61,636 nucleotides of DNA from Dehalococcoidia bacterium. Lineage in GTDB: Bacteria; Chloroflexota; Dehalococcoidia; SM23-28-2; RBG-16-64-32. This document shows, in pieces, positions 25,294 through 33,431 of this stretch (the stretch's first letter is position 1; each line of letters opens with the position of its first letter). Made by a program: the position numbers and the translations under genes. Where the stretch lies: contig JBGPBZ010000002.1 of NCBI GenBank assembly GCA_041481535.1, positions 1-61,636 of the forward strand, given 5' to 3'. The notes beneath the pieces were generated by a model that was not told the origin of the DNA, ran no database searches, and worked only from the letters and a program-made list of their open reading frames with translations.

Positions 25294-26928
25294 TTATTGG
25301 ACAGAAAGTGGAGAAATCGCCCGGAGCCGTTCGACGGCCTCTCGCTGCGCCTGTTTTTTCGCGGGCGAGGACGTGTCGACGGCGATCAGCCGCGCGGGCG
25401 GCAGCTCGGTAGGGCGCTGGAATCGGCGCTTCTGGCGGACGTAGATCTCCCAGCGGGCGTCGGACGGATCGCGGCCCTTCGCCAGGCGTGCGCCGAGGCG
25501 ATTGCGAGTGGCGGATTCGCTGGCCTCGGTGAGGACGCAGGCGAACTGCGCGCCGGTCTCGCGGGCGAGACGGATGGCAGCACGGCGTTCGTCGCGACGC
25601 TGGAAGGTGGCGTCGAGGATGACGGACTTGCCGCGCATCAGCAGATCGCGGGCCTGTGAGAGCATCGCGTCGTAGGTCTTCTGGGTCATGGCGGCGGAGT
25701 AGAGGCCGGCGCGGTATTCGTCGAGCACCTTCGTCTTCGGGTCGAGTCCGGCGAGACGTTTGCGGACGATGTCGGAGGAGATGATCGTAGCGTTGAGCTT
25801 CTTGGCGATCTCCTTCGCCTCCGTTGACTTGCCGCTGCCGGAGAGGCCGCACATGACGACGAGCATCGCCGGTGGCAGCGTCTTTGCGTACTCGCAGGCG
25901 AGCTCGAAGTAGCGGCGAGCGCGATCGGCGGCGGCCTTCTTATCCTTCGCCGGGATCGAGGGGATGTCGAGCAGGAAATTCTCGACTTTGCCGCGCACGC
26001 AGGCGCTGTAGTAGGCGTAGAACGGCAGCACCTCGCGCAGGTCGGGGTCGTTGGCGATCTTCTGGTAGCGGCGGACGAACGCTTCGGCGAGGTCGGGGCG
26101 ATCGCGGTACTCGAGGTCCATCTGGAGGAAGCCGACGTCGCGCGCGATGTCGAGCAGATTGATGCGGCGGTTGAACTCGACGGCGTCGAAGATGCAGATG
26201 CCGTTCTCGATGCAGACGGCGTCAGAGCGGAGGTCGGCGTGGGTGCGGCGGATGCGCAGTTGTTTCACGCGTCTCTGCAGAACATCGCGCTTGCGGGCGA
26301 AGAACGCCTCGCCGTACGCGATGCAGATGGCGTGCTGTTCGGGCGTCAGCGTGCGTCCGACGTAGGGCGTCCACTGTTGGACGTTTTCGCGGTGGTTGTA
26401 ACGGATCGCCCAGTCACCGTAGCGGGCGATTGCGGGACTCGTCTCGGAGGTCTTCTGGTGGAATGGGACGAGCTTGTCGGCGACGCGCTCGACCATGCGT
26501 TTCGTCGCTTCGCCGCGCTCGATCAGGCGGTTCAGCATGCGCTCTTCGGGCAGGCGTCGCATCCAGACGGCGTACTCGACGATACGGCCATCCTTGCCGC
26601 CGACAACGAAGGCCCTCACCCGCCGGCCCCCTCTCCCGCTGCGGCGGGCGAGCGGGAGTTCGCGTATCGGTACGACGCCGAGGTAGGTGTCTTCGCAGAG
26701 GAGCGAGTTGAGCTTCACCTCCTGGTGGCAGTAGTAGCGGCGCTTGCCGAGCGTGGAGTAGTTCAGGAATCCGAAGTCGACGGGCTTCTTGATCTTGTAG
26801 ACGTAGTCGTCGGTCAGGAAGACGGAGGAGATGTGGGTCTGGATGAGCTCGACGCGGCGGACGGGGTGAGGATAGGCGGCGGGCTTGAGGAGGGCCTGCA
26901 CCAGCGGCGGAAGTCCGTTTTCGGGCAC
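25294..26928 (-). CDS. Bifunctional APH-like phosphotransferase / P-loop (AAA_33-type) kinase fusion
   Basis: 544 aa. N-terminal half is APH-fold-like (YKIKKP.., HADLRSDAV). C-terminal half has Walker A GLSGSGKST. GTG start lies 7 nt after TATACT. Confidence 0.75.
   Translation of the reverse strand: MPENGLPPLVQALLKPAAYPHPVRRVELIQTHISSVFLTDDYVYKIKKPVDFGFLNYSTLGKRRYYCHQEVKLNSLLCEDTYLGVVPIRELPLARRSGRGGRRVRAFVVGGKDGRIVEYAVWMRRLPEERMLNRLIERGEATKRMVERVADKLVPFHQKTSETSPAIARYGDWAIRYNHRENVQQWTPYVGRTLTPEQHAICIAYGEAFFARKRDVLQRRVKQLRIRRTHADLRSDAVCIENGICIFDAVEFNRRINLLDIARDVGFLQMDLEYRDRPDLAEAFVRRYQKIANDPDLREVLPFYAYYSACVRGKVENFLLDIPSIPAKDKKAAADRARRYFELACEYAKTLPPAMLVVMCGLSGSGKSTEAKEIAKKLNATIISSDIVRKRLAGLDPKTKVLDEYRAGLYSAAMTQKTYDAMLSQARDLLMRGKSVILDATFQRRDERRAAIRLARETGAQFACVLTEASESATRNRLGARLAKGRDPSDARWEIYVRQKRRFQRPTELPPARLIAVDTSSPAKKQAQREAVERLRAISPLSVQ
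26612..26657. repeat. Family-B hairpin repeat embedded in-frame inside the kinase-fusion CDS
   Basis: Read directly: gccctcacccgccggccccctctcccgctgcggcgggcgagcggg. It translates as ...PLARRSGRGGRRVRA... within the protein. Confidence 0.7.
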
Positions 26929-26942
26929 GAGCGCAAGTATAT

Positions 26943-26970
26943 GAGGTGTGAGGTGTGACGTGCGAGGTGG
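26943..26970. repeat. Four tandem heptads: GAGGTGT GAGGTGT GACGTGC GAGGTGG
   Basis: Read directly. On the minus strand the array lies between a TTGACA and a TATACT box. Confidence 0.8.
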
Positions 26971-27089
26971 GCTGTCAACGAATGGGGAGAACGAATTATC
27001 GAATTGCTGCCGCCGGTGGCTCGGGTTCGTTTTGATGGAGAGCGCGGCGTCTTCTTATCGCAGGCGATCTCGGGATGAGCGGATTCTGT

Positions 27090-27590
27090 TTACGGTGTGC
27101 TGGAAGCCGACGTAACGGTGATGTGAATCGTCTCGGCGACGAGCGGGCCGTTGGAGACGTCCTTCGAGTTCATGAAGATGACGGAGAGTGTGTGCGGGCC
27201 GGGCGCGAGGGTCGGCAGCGTGGCGGTGTGGGAGGCGTCGGCGAGGTCCAGATGGGTGGCGTCTGCGACAAACTTTGCGCCTTCGGGTGTGACCTCGCCG
27301 TCGATGATGACGCCGAGGTGGCCGTAGCCGGGGGTGACGGGCTCGCCGGCCTTCTGGTATTTGAGACCGCCGATAACCATGGCCACCTGCACGGGATTGC
27401 TGACGGTATCGCCGTCCCTGGGGGAGTTGAAGCCGACGCCGGTCGCTTGCACGCTGCCGCTGGGGGGATGGGACGAGGCCTGAACAGAGGTTGAGGAGCC
27501 TTCGTCAGAGCCACGGATGATGGCGTACGCGATGAGCCCGACGAAGATGACGATGGCGACGAGGGTGAGGATTGGGCCTCTGTAGGTCAC
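27090..27590 (-). CDS. Membrane-anchored DUF4399-like protein
   Basis: TM segment ILTLVAIVIFVGLIAYAII, then a GYGHLGVIIDGE motif. The GTG 27590 start is a guess. The upstream part of the 27872 ORF is AT-rich and non-coding-like. Confidence 0.45.
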   Translation of the reverse strand: MTYRGPILTLVAIVIFVGLIAYAIIRGSDEGSSTSVQASSHPPSGSVQATGVGFNSPRDGDTVSNPVQVAMVIGGLKYQKAGEPVTPGYGHLGVIIDGEVTPEGAKFVADATHLDLADASHTATLPTLAPGPHTLSVIFMNSKDVSNGPLVAETIHITVTSASSTP

Positions 27591-27662
27591 GGTTCGTCTA
27601 TTGTGCCTGCGTACGCCGATGAGGAACAGGCAGTAATGCTTTGTAAATAGCCTGTAAACGAC

Positions 27663-27691
27663 TTGACAATATAGGGTTCTGGGAGAATACT
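27663..27691 (+). promoter_or_regulatory. Sigma-70-like promoter (TTGACA-17-AATACT) upstream of the surface-protein gene
   Basis: Read directly: TTGACAatatagggttctgggagAATACT. Implies a ~210-nt pyrimidine-rich leader before ATG 27905. Confidence 0.45.
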
Positions 27692-27904
27692 TGGCGCACA
27701 AACCAGGGGGTGCGGCGCGTGCTGCCAGTTTTCTCGCGCATTCTTTCTTTTGCCCCATTTTCTGCGGGCTTTGCTCCCCCTTGCTCATTCTTCGTCCGCC
27801 CGGTCGCGCGTAAAGGCCGGGCAAGGAGCGTCGCGATGTGCGGCTCAGGTTAGTGTGCGACAGCGCCCGCAAGTGAGCCCATTTTCTGAAAGAGGGGGTT
27901 AGTC

Positions 27905-30163
27905 ATGAAAGTCAACAATGCGGCGGGTTTGAGTCGCCTAACCATCGGGAGGTTCTTGGCGGGGATAGTAGGAACTCTGATAATCCTGAGCTTCTTACTA
28001 ATCGCAGGGTCGACGCCGCCAACACACGCTGCGGGCGACATCGCCTTTACGGCGATCGATATGAACACGGCTGGGAACAATACCGTGTCGTGTGTTGGCC
28101 AAGGTTGTACGCCTGGAACGATCAGCTCGGTCGAGACCTGTGCAGCAGTCCCAGTTCTCGGCACGGTGGCGGTGGATATAGTTGTCAGCGGCGTTCCCAA
28201 CACGATTGCCGGCAGTGGGGCCGGGCCGAACATTCAGGGCTTCGATATGGACCTGATCTACAACCCTGCCATCGTGAGAGTGTCCGCTCTTCCGGCGAAT
28301 GCTTGCGCTGGTGGCCCTCCTGGCAACCTCGACATGCAGTACGCGGGGACGCCGGGAGGCAGCCACAGCACAACCACGGATGGCACCCCGGATTCAGACG
28401 GTGACTTCTTCATGAGCGAAGCAGATTTCGGTGCCACTGGCGAGTCCGGACCCGGAATTCTTATACGCCTGAGTTTGCAGGGTGTTGCCCCGGGCCTAAG
28501 CCCGCTGACCCTCCAGTACACCCTTCTCGCCCAAGCATTCCCGAACATCTACGACAACACGGGTGGGCAGGGTGTGTACACGATCGACACAAACGATCCG
28601 TCGTTGATCGTGGTTGGCGGATCGTGCACCGCTACGCCGACACTGACGCCAAGCCCGTCTCCTCCTCTTGAGAGATCAGTCACCGTCAGCGCAAGTGGTC
28701 TCGTTGTCGCTGATGGTCTGCATACCTCGGAAGTGCTAGTGACTGTGGCGGACGCATCCGGGGCACCGGTTGATGATGCCGACGTAGTGATTGAAGTTCT
28801 CGAATCGACACTCACAGATCGCGGCGATTACTTCAGCCCCGTTCTCCGCCCGGACAATTTAGGTAACGGTGTGTATAGAACCGAGTTCACCTCAACGTAT
28901 GACGGTACGGTGGAGCTTCTGGCGTTTGATGCTACAACGTTCGATGCAGATCTAACGACGGTGGAGTTTCAAACGCCAAGCGGCGGTTCGTGCTTTGTGA
29001 CAGTCGAAGCCCCACCGGCCCCGGTTGCGGAAGATCCATTTACCACAAAAGCACGCGATTTCTTCGACGGTCTTGACAAGGTTACCAGCCCTCCGAAAGT
29101 TAACAAAAACTCGGCCCTTGACGATCTCACGAAGAGGCAGCGCATCGATGATCAAAAGAAGATTATCGACGAGTTGATTCTTCCCGTTCTCACGAAGTTC
29201 TGGGCTAGGGCTGCAAAAGATCCGACCTCTGCAGATTCGCAATTATCAAAGATCGTGCACGACGAACTGGCCATCCTGCTAGTCCCGAAGAAGAAGGAGT
29301 TCATGGAGATCGCTCAGCGACTCTCGAACGTGCAGAAGGGGCTACTCGCTGGTTCGTTTCCCGGCAACGGGCCTTCGAACACTGACTTAGACAAGATTCG
29401 AATGGCGATGGATCTCTTTACCAGATATCAGCTCTCGCGGGGCGCCAACGATGAAAACGGCGTGCCCAATGCTCCGAACGTGTACCTCGCATGGCTTATT
29501 TACGCCGAAGTGGCCAAGCAGCTTGGGGTCGACACCGACCTCTGGACCGCGATGAACACGATCCTCACAAGAGGGGCGATTATCACGATAAACTTTGCGA
29601 AGTTAGCAAACAGGAACCCAGTCGGACTCAAACCCGAAGAGATAAAGGCGATAAACGACGGACTCGAGATGAAAAATCTCATCGAGGCTCTCGACAAGAT
29701 GACGCAGCAGGAGTTGCAAGACAAACTGCGCCAAGAGCTAAAGGACAAGTCGCAGGTCCTAACTATTGCTCCGATTGGCATAGTGAAAGCGCGGACTGGG
29801 CCACCCCTTGGCGCTATCTCGATTGACGATGTGCCGCTCGGTGCGGGGTTCGTGGTCGCGGCCGTAGGCGATGGCAGTCGGCCGACAGTGGAGTTTTATT
29901 GGCAGCTCGGTTATGCGACTCCGTCTCAGCAGTCCCCGCTAGTCAGGGGGGGCGAAGAACAAGACGTTGGAGGTTGCTACAAACAATTGCCTGCCGGCGG
30001 CGTCGTTGACTTGGAGGTGCGTTCTCTTAACTTGCCCGGGGAAACGGTAAGGGGCGACTCCGGCTCACGCTTCCCCTGGTTGCCACCGGCCGCCGTCGCT
30101 GCCGCCTTGACGGCCATGCTGGCCTCCGGTGCCTGGTACTGCAGAAGGCAGTGGCTACGCTAG
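27905..30163 (+). CDS. Large surface protein: N-terminal anchor/signal, cohesin-like domain, Ig-like (Big_1-like) domain, unknown helical domain, C-terminal TM anchor
   Basis: 752 aa. Cohesin-like VAVDIVVSGVPN..IQGFDMDLIYNPAIVRV..GILIRLSLQGVAPG. Ig-like VTVSASGLVVADGLHTSEVLVTVADASG. C-terminus PWLPPAAVAAALTAMLASGAWYCRRQ. RBS GAGGGGG. Confidence 0.7.
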   Translation: MKVNNAAGLSRLTIGRFLAGIVGTLIILSFLLIAGSTPPTHAAGDIAFTAIDMNTAGNNTVSCVGQGCTPGTISSVETCAAVPVLGTVAVDIVVSGVPNTIAGSGAGPNIQGFDMDLIYNPAIVRVSALPANACAGGPPGNLDMQYAGTPGGSHSTTTDGTPDSDGDFFMSEADFGATGESGPGILIRLSLQGVAPGLSPLTLQYTLLAQAFPNIYDNTGGQGVYTIDTNDPSLIVVGGSCTATPTLTPSPSPPLERSVTVSASGLVVADGLHTSEVLVTVADASGAPVDDADVVIEVLESTLTDRGDYFSPVLRPDNLGNGVYRTEFTSTYDGTVELLAFDATTFDADLTTVEFQTPSGGSCFVTVEAPPAPVAEDPFTTKARDFFDGLDKVTSPPKVNKNSALDDLTKRQRIDDQKKIIDELILPVLTKFWARAAKDPTSADSQLSKIVHDELAILLVPKKKEFMEIAQRLSNVQKGLLAGSFPGNGPSNTDLDKIRMAMDLFTRYQLSRGANDENGVPNAPNVYLAWLIYAEVAKQLGVDTDLWTAMNTILTRGAIITINFAKLANRNPVGLKPEEIKAINDGLEMKNLIEALDKMTQQELQDKLRQELKDKSQVLTIAPIGIVKARTGPPLGAISIDDVPLGAGFVVAAVGDGSRPTVEFYWQLGYATPSQQSPLVRGGEEQDVGGCYKQLPAGGVVDLEVRSLNLPGETVRGDSGSRFPWLPPAAVAAALTAMLASGAWYCRRQWLR

Positions 30164-30191
30164 CCTCAGAAATTCGCATCGTACAGCCCCA

Positions 30192-30240
30192 GCGGCCCGC
30201 CTTCTCGTTCGCACTGAGAGGAGGCGGGCCGCTTCTCTGT
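30192..30240 (+). terminator. Intrinsic terminator after the surface-protein gene
   Basis: GCGGCCCGCC...GGCGGGCCGC, a 10-bp stem, followed by TTCTCTGT. Confidence 0.55.
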
Positions 30241-30278
30241 ATGCCACGCTGGTGTAATATTTCTGCGGGAGGGCTGAT

Positions 30279-31457
30279 ATGACTACGACGATCGAGATTA
30301 AGGGCAAGGTGAAGGACGGGTTCCAGCGGGTGAAGGACGCCTTTGCGGCGAATTTTGCGGACCACGGTGAGGTGGGCGCGTCGCTGGCGGTGATGGTTGA
30401 CGGCGAGATGGTCGTCGACCTGTGGGGCGGGTATGCGGACGGCGCAGGGACGCGGCCGTGGGAGCGGGACACGATCGTCAACACGTTCTCGACGACGAAG
30501 GGGCTGACGGCGCTCTGTGCGAACCAGCTGATCGAGCAGGGGAAGCTCGACCCCGAGGAGCCGGTGGCGACGTACTGGCCGGAGTTTGCGCAGGCGGGCA
30601 AAGAGAAGCTGCCGGTGAAGTACCTGCTCAACCACAAGGCCGGACTGCCCGCAGTCGACAACATGATCCCGGCGAGCGAAGGCTACAAGTGGGAGTCACT
30701 GGTGAACGCTCTGGCCGCGCAGAAGCCGTGGTGGGAGCCGGGCACGCAGCACGGGTACCACGCGGTGACGTTTGGCAGTCTCGTGGGCGAGGTCATTCGT
30801 CGGGTCAGCGGGATGAGCGTCGGGACGTATTTCCGTAAGAACATCGCCGAGCCGCTTGGCGCAGACTATTACATCGGCTTCGGGCCAGAGCTCGACTCGC
30901 GCGCGGCGGACATGATCCCGGCGCCGTTCCAGGCGCCGGAGCCGGACCACCCGCTGTATGCGGCGTTCACGAACCCGAACTCGATGACGTTCAAGGCGTT
31001 CATGATTACACCGGAGCCGATGATGAACCCGAACTACATGAACACTCGCGAGTTTCGCGCGGCGGAAGTGCCAGCGGCGAACGGCCACGGCAACGGCCGC
31101 GCGCTGGCGACGGTGTACGGCGCGCTCGCCCGCGGCGGCGAGGTGAACGGTGTGCGCCTGCTGAACAGCGACACGATCGACGAGATGCGCAAGGAGCAGT
31201 CCAACGGCACGGACGCGGTGCTGACGATCCCGATGCGCTTCGGGCGCGGGTTCTTCCTGGAGCTGCCGGAGTACGAGCTGACGCCGAACACGACGCTGTT
31301 CGGGCACCCGGGCATGGGCGGCTCGTTCGGGCTGGCGGACCCGGAGGCGAAGGTCGGGATCGGTTACGCGATGAACAAGATGTACCTGCCGCCTGACATG
31401 GTCTCCGTCGACCCGCGCTGGATGCCGATTTTCCAGACGGTGTACGACTCGCTGTAG
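30279..31457 (+). CDS. Serine hydrolase (class C beta-lactamase / esterase family)
   Basis: 392 aa with the SxxK motif FSTTKGLTA and general EstB/AmpC-like organisation. Confidence 0.8.
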   Translation: MTTTIEIKGKVKDGFQRVKDAFAANFADHGEVGASLAVMVDGEMVVDLWGGYADGAGTRPWERDTIVNTFSTTKGLTALCANQLIEQGKLDPEEPVATYWPEFAQAGKEKLPVKYLLNHKAGLPAVDNMIPASEGYKWESLVNALAAQKPWWEPGTQHGYHAVTFGSLVGEVIRRVSGMSVGTYFRKNIAEPLGADYYIGFGPELDSRAADMIPAPFQAPEPDHPLYAAFTNPNSMTFKAFMITPEPMMNPNYMNTREFRAAEVPAANGHGNGRALATVYGALARGGEVNGVRLLNSDTIDEMRKEQSNGTDAVLTIPMRFGRGFFLELPEYELTPNTTLFGHPGMGGSFGLADPEAKVGIGYAMNKMYLPPDMVSVDPRWMPIFQTVYDSL

Positions 31458-31509
31458 GCACGAGTCGACGTTAGGGGCAGCGAGGGGGCGGGTCGTTCGC
31501 GAACGACCC

Positions 31510-32079
31510 CTACGACGGTTTGCGCGCGCTGAACTTGAACGTGTGGTATTGCGGCAGCGCCTCGACCTGCGTGGCGACGAAGCCGGCTTTCTGAAGCCTC
31601 GCCTCGAACTTGGGCGGGTCGACTGCGACGCAGGTGTCCATGATGTGGTAGATGCGCCAGCGGAAAGAAGGCGTGCTGTCGGAGCCGGTGAAGAGCCCGC
31701 CCGGCTTGAGCACGCGGAACGCCTCGCCGAGTAGCTTGTCTTGCAGTGCGGCGGACGGCACGTGGTGCAGCATCGTGAAGCAGACCGCTGAGGAGTAGGT
31801 GTTGTCGGGGAGCGACATGTTGGTGGCGTCACCCTCGACGATGCGGACGTGTCCGTCGGCCAAACGCTTAAGTTTCTCCGCCAGCCTGTGATCGATCTCG
31901 ATCGCGGTCAGTTGCGGCACGTTGTCCTTCAGCCATTCGGTTGTGCGGCCGGGGCCGGGGCCGATCTCGAGGACGTTGTCGCCGAGATCGACGTCGTCCA
32001 GCACCCAGGGGAGCATGTACTTCTTGACGGACTCGGCCCAGCCGTCCGAGTTGCAGTACCAGCGGTGGAAGAGGTTCAT
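31510..32079 (-). CDS. Class I SAM-dependent methyltransferase
   Basis: 189 aa with motif I VLEIGPGPG and LKPGGLF. ATG lies 7 nt after TATACT (32087..32092). Confidence 0.8.
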   Translation of the reverse strand: MNLFHRWYCNSDGWAESVKKYMLPWVLDDVDLGDNVLEIGPGPGRTTEWLKDNVPQLTAIEIDHRLAEKLKRLADGHVRIVEGDATNMSLPDNTYSSAVCFTMLHHVPSAALQDKLLGEAFRVLKPGGLFTGSDSTPSFRWRIYHIMDTCVAVDPPKFEARLQKAGFVATQVEALPQYHTFKFSARKPS

Positions 32080-32099
32080 GCGCGCCAGTATACGGGGTG

Positions 32100-32146
32100 G
32101 AAATTGGAAGTAGGAAATGGGAGGTAGGAAGTAGGAGGTAGGAAGC
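32100..32146. repeat. Tandem 7-8-nt array (GGAAGTAG/GGAGGTAG units)
   Basis: Read directly: ggaaattggaagtaggaaatgggaggtaggaagtaggaggtaggaag. Confidence 0.8.
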
Positions 32147-32287
32147 CCCGCCCGTCCCCGCCCCGGTTCGACAGAGCTGAAGCTCTGTCCCTACGGATGC
32201 GGATGAGCGCGGCTACGAGCAGGGAAAATGTTGGTAGAAGGGCCTGGGCTGTGTCTTTGGTGGGCAGGGGGTTCTAGGCTAGCCGTA

Positions 32288-33145
32288 ATGATTCGCCTGG
32301 CGAGCGACTGGGACAACACGGAATACTGGCTCCGGCACAGCGGCGCGCACATCGCCGGGATCCTGGCGGCGTTGTTTGTCGCCTACGTCGTCTTCCGGGC
32401 GGTGTTCCCGCGGCTGGCGAAGGCGGCGATGATGCGAAGCGCGCATCCGCCGGACGAGGAGATGGAGCGCCGCGCCGACACGATCATCGGCGTGATCGAC
32501 GGGTCGGCGCGGGTGGCGTTCATGGTGCTGGCGCTGATCACAATCCTGCCGGAATTCGGCGTGAACATCGTGGCGATTGTCACCGGGCTCGGCATCGGCG
32601 GGCTGGCGCTGGCGCTGGGGTCGCAGGCGGCGGTGAAGGACGCTGTTAACGGCATCTTCCTGCTGGCGGAGGACCAGTACCGGACGGGCGACGTCGTCAC
32701 GATTGCGGAAGTCACAGGTACGGTAGAGGCGATATCGCTGAGGCGGACGATTTTGCGCGACGAGGACGGCGTTGTGCACTCGGTGCCTAACGGGTCGATC
32801 GGCGTCGTCTCCAACCGGACGCGGGACTACGCGCAGGTGAACGTGGACGTGCGGGTGAGTTACGGCGAAGACCTGGCGAAGGTGCGGCGCGTCGTCGAGG
32901 ACGTGGCGCGGGCGATGACGGCGGACGCCACGGTAGGAGCACTACTGCTGGAACCACCGCGCGCGAACCGCATCGACTCAGTGGATGACGGTGCGGTGAC
33001 GATCACTGTTTCGGCGCGGTCGAGGCCGGCGGCGCGCTGGGAGGTGGAAAGCGAGCTACGACAGCGCCTGGCGGAGGCGTTCCTGCGCGAGAAGGTGCAC
33101 GTGCCGTTCCCTGTGTACGCGGCTGACGCGGGTGAGCAGGGTTGA
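32288..33145 (+). CDS. Small-conductance mechanosensitive channel (MscS family)
   Basis: TM helices followed by GDVVTIAEVTGTVEAISLRRTILRDEDGVVHSVPNG. Start could be 32228 or ATG 32288. Confidence 0.8.
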   Translation: MIRLASDWDNTEYWLRHSGAHIAGILAALFVAYVVFRAVFPRLAKAAMMRSAHPPDEEMERRADTIIGVIDGSARVAFMVLALITILPEFGVNIVAIVTGLGIGGLALALGSQAAVKDAVNGIFLLAEDQYRTGDVVTIAEVTGTVEAISLRRTILRDEDGVVHSVPNGSIGVVSNRTRDYAQVNVDVRVSYGEDLAKVRRVVEDVARAMTADATVGALLLEPPRANRIDSVDDGAVTITVSARSRPAARWEVESELRQRLAEAFLREKVHVPFPVYAADAGEQG

Positions 33146-33200
33146 GCATTTGTTGACCGTGGCTCGTTGCCCACTCCCACGCCCGAGCGTACGATTTAGA

Positions 33201-33368
33201 CGTCGGACAGCAAACCGGAGAGGAGGCAAGTGATGGTCGAAGACGATAGTAGTCACTTAAGAAACCCTCCCGACTCTGCTTGTCCGGCGGCCCCCTAAGC
33301 GTTATTTTGTAGCTTCGCTTACGCGCACTCCGGCCCCCGGCAATGCAGACACGTCGGGGGTTCTTTTC
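33201..33368 (+). promoter_or_regulatory. Structured 5' leader of mgtE with a terminator-like hairpin (unclassified riboswitch/attenuator candidate)
   Basis: Nested helices 33204-12/33277-86, 33222-26/33266-70 and 33228-33/33253-58. Then CCCCCG(33334-39)...CGGGGG(33355-60)+TTCTTTT. Possible promoter TTGCCC-17-TACGAT at 33167..33195. Confidence 0.35.
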
Positions 33369-33431
33369 GTCCGAACACTAGCGATGACTTGATTCGCTGA
33401 GTTCCCGCCTGCTCAGCGCGAGGAGGACGGC

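Noticed and set aside
27591-27872. N-terminal 94 codons of ORF 27090..27872.
   Set aside because: The region is AT-rich, contains a good + strand promoter for the neighbouring gene, and translates to a basic low-complexity peptide. The TM helix and DUF4399-like domain begin only after GTG 27590.
33196-33431. M-box (ykoK) Mg2+ riboswitch upstream of mgtE.
   Set aside because: I could not find the conserved M-box sequence blocks as I remember them (for example GUUAGGUGAGG). Only generic helices and a terminator are supported, so it is reported as an unclassified leader. This needs cmscan.
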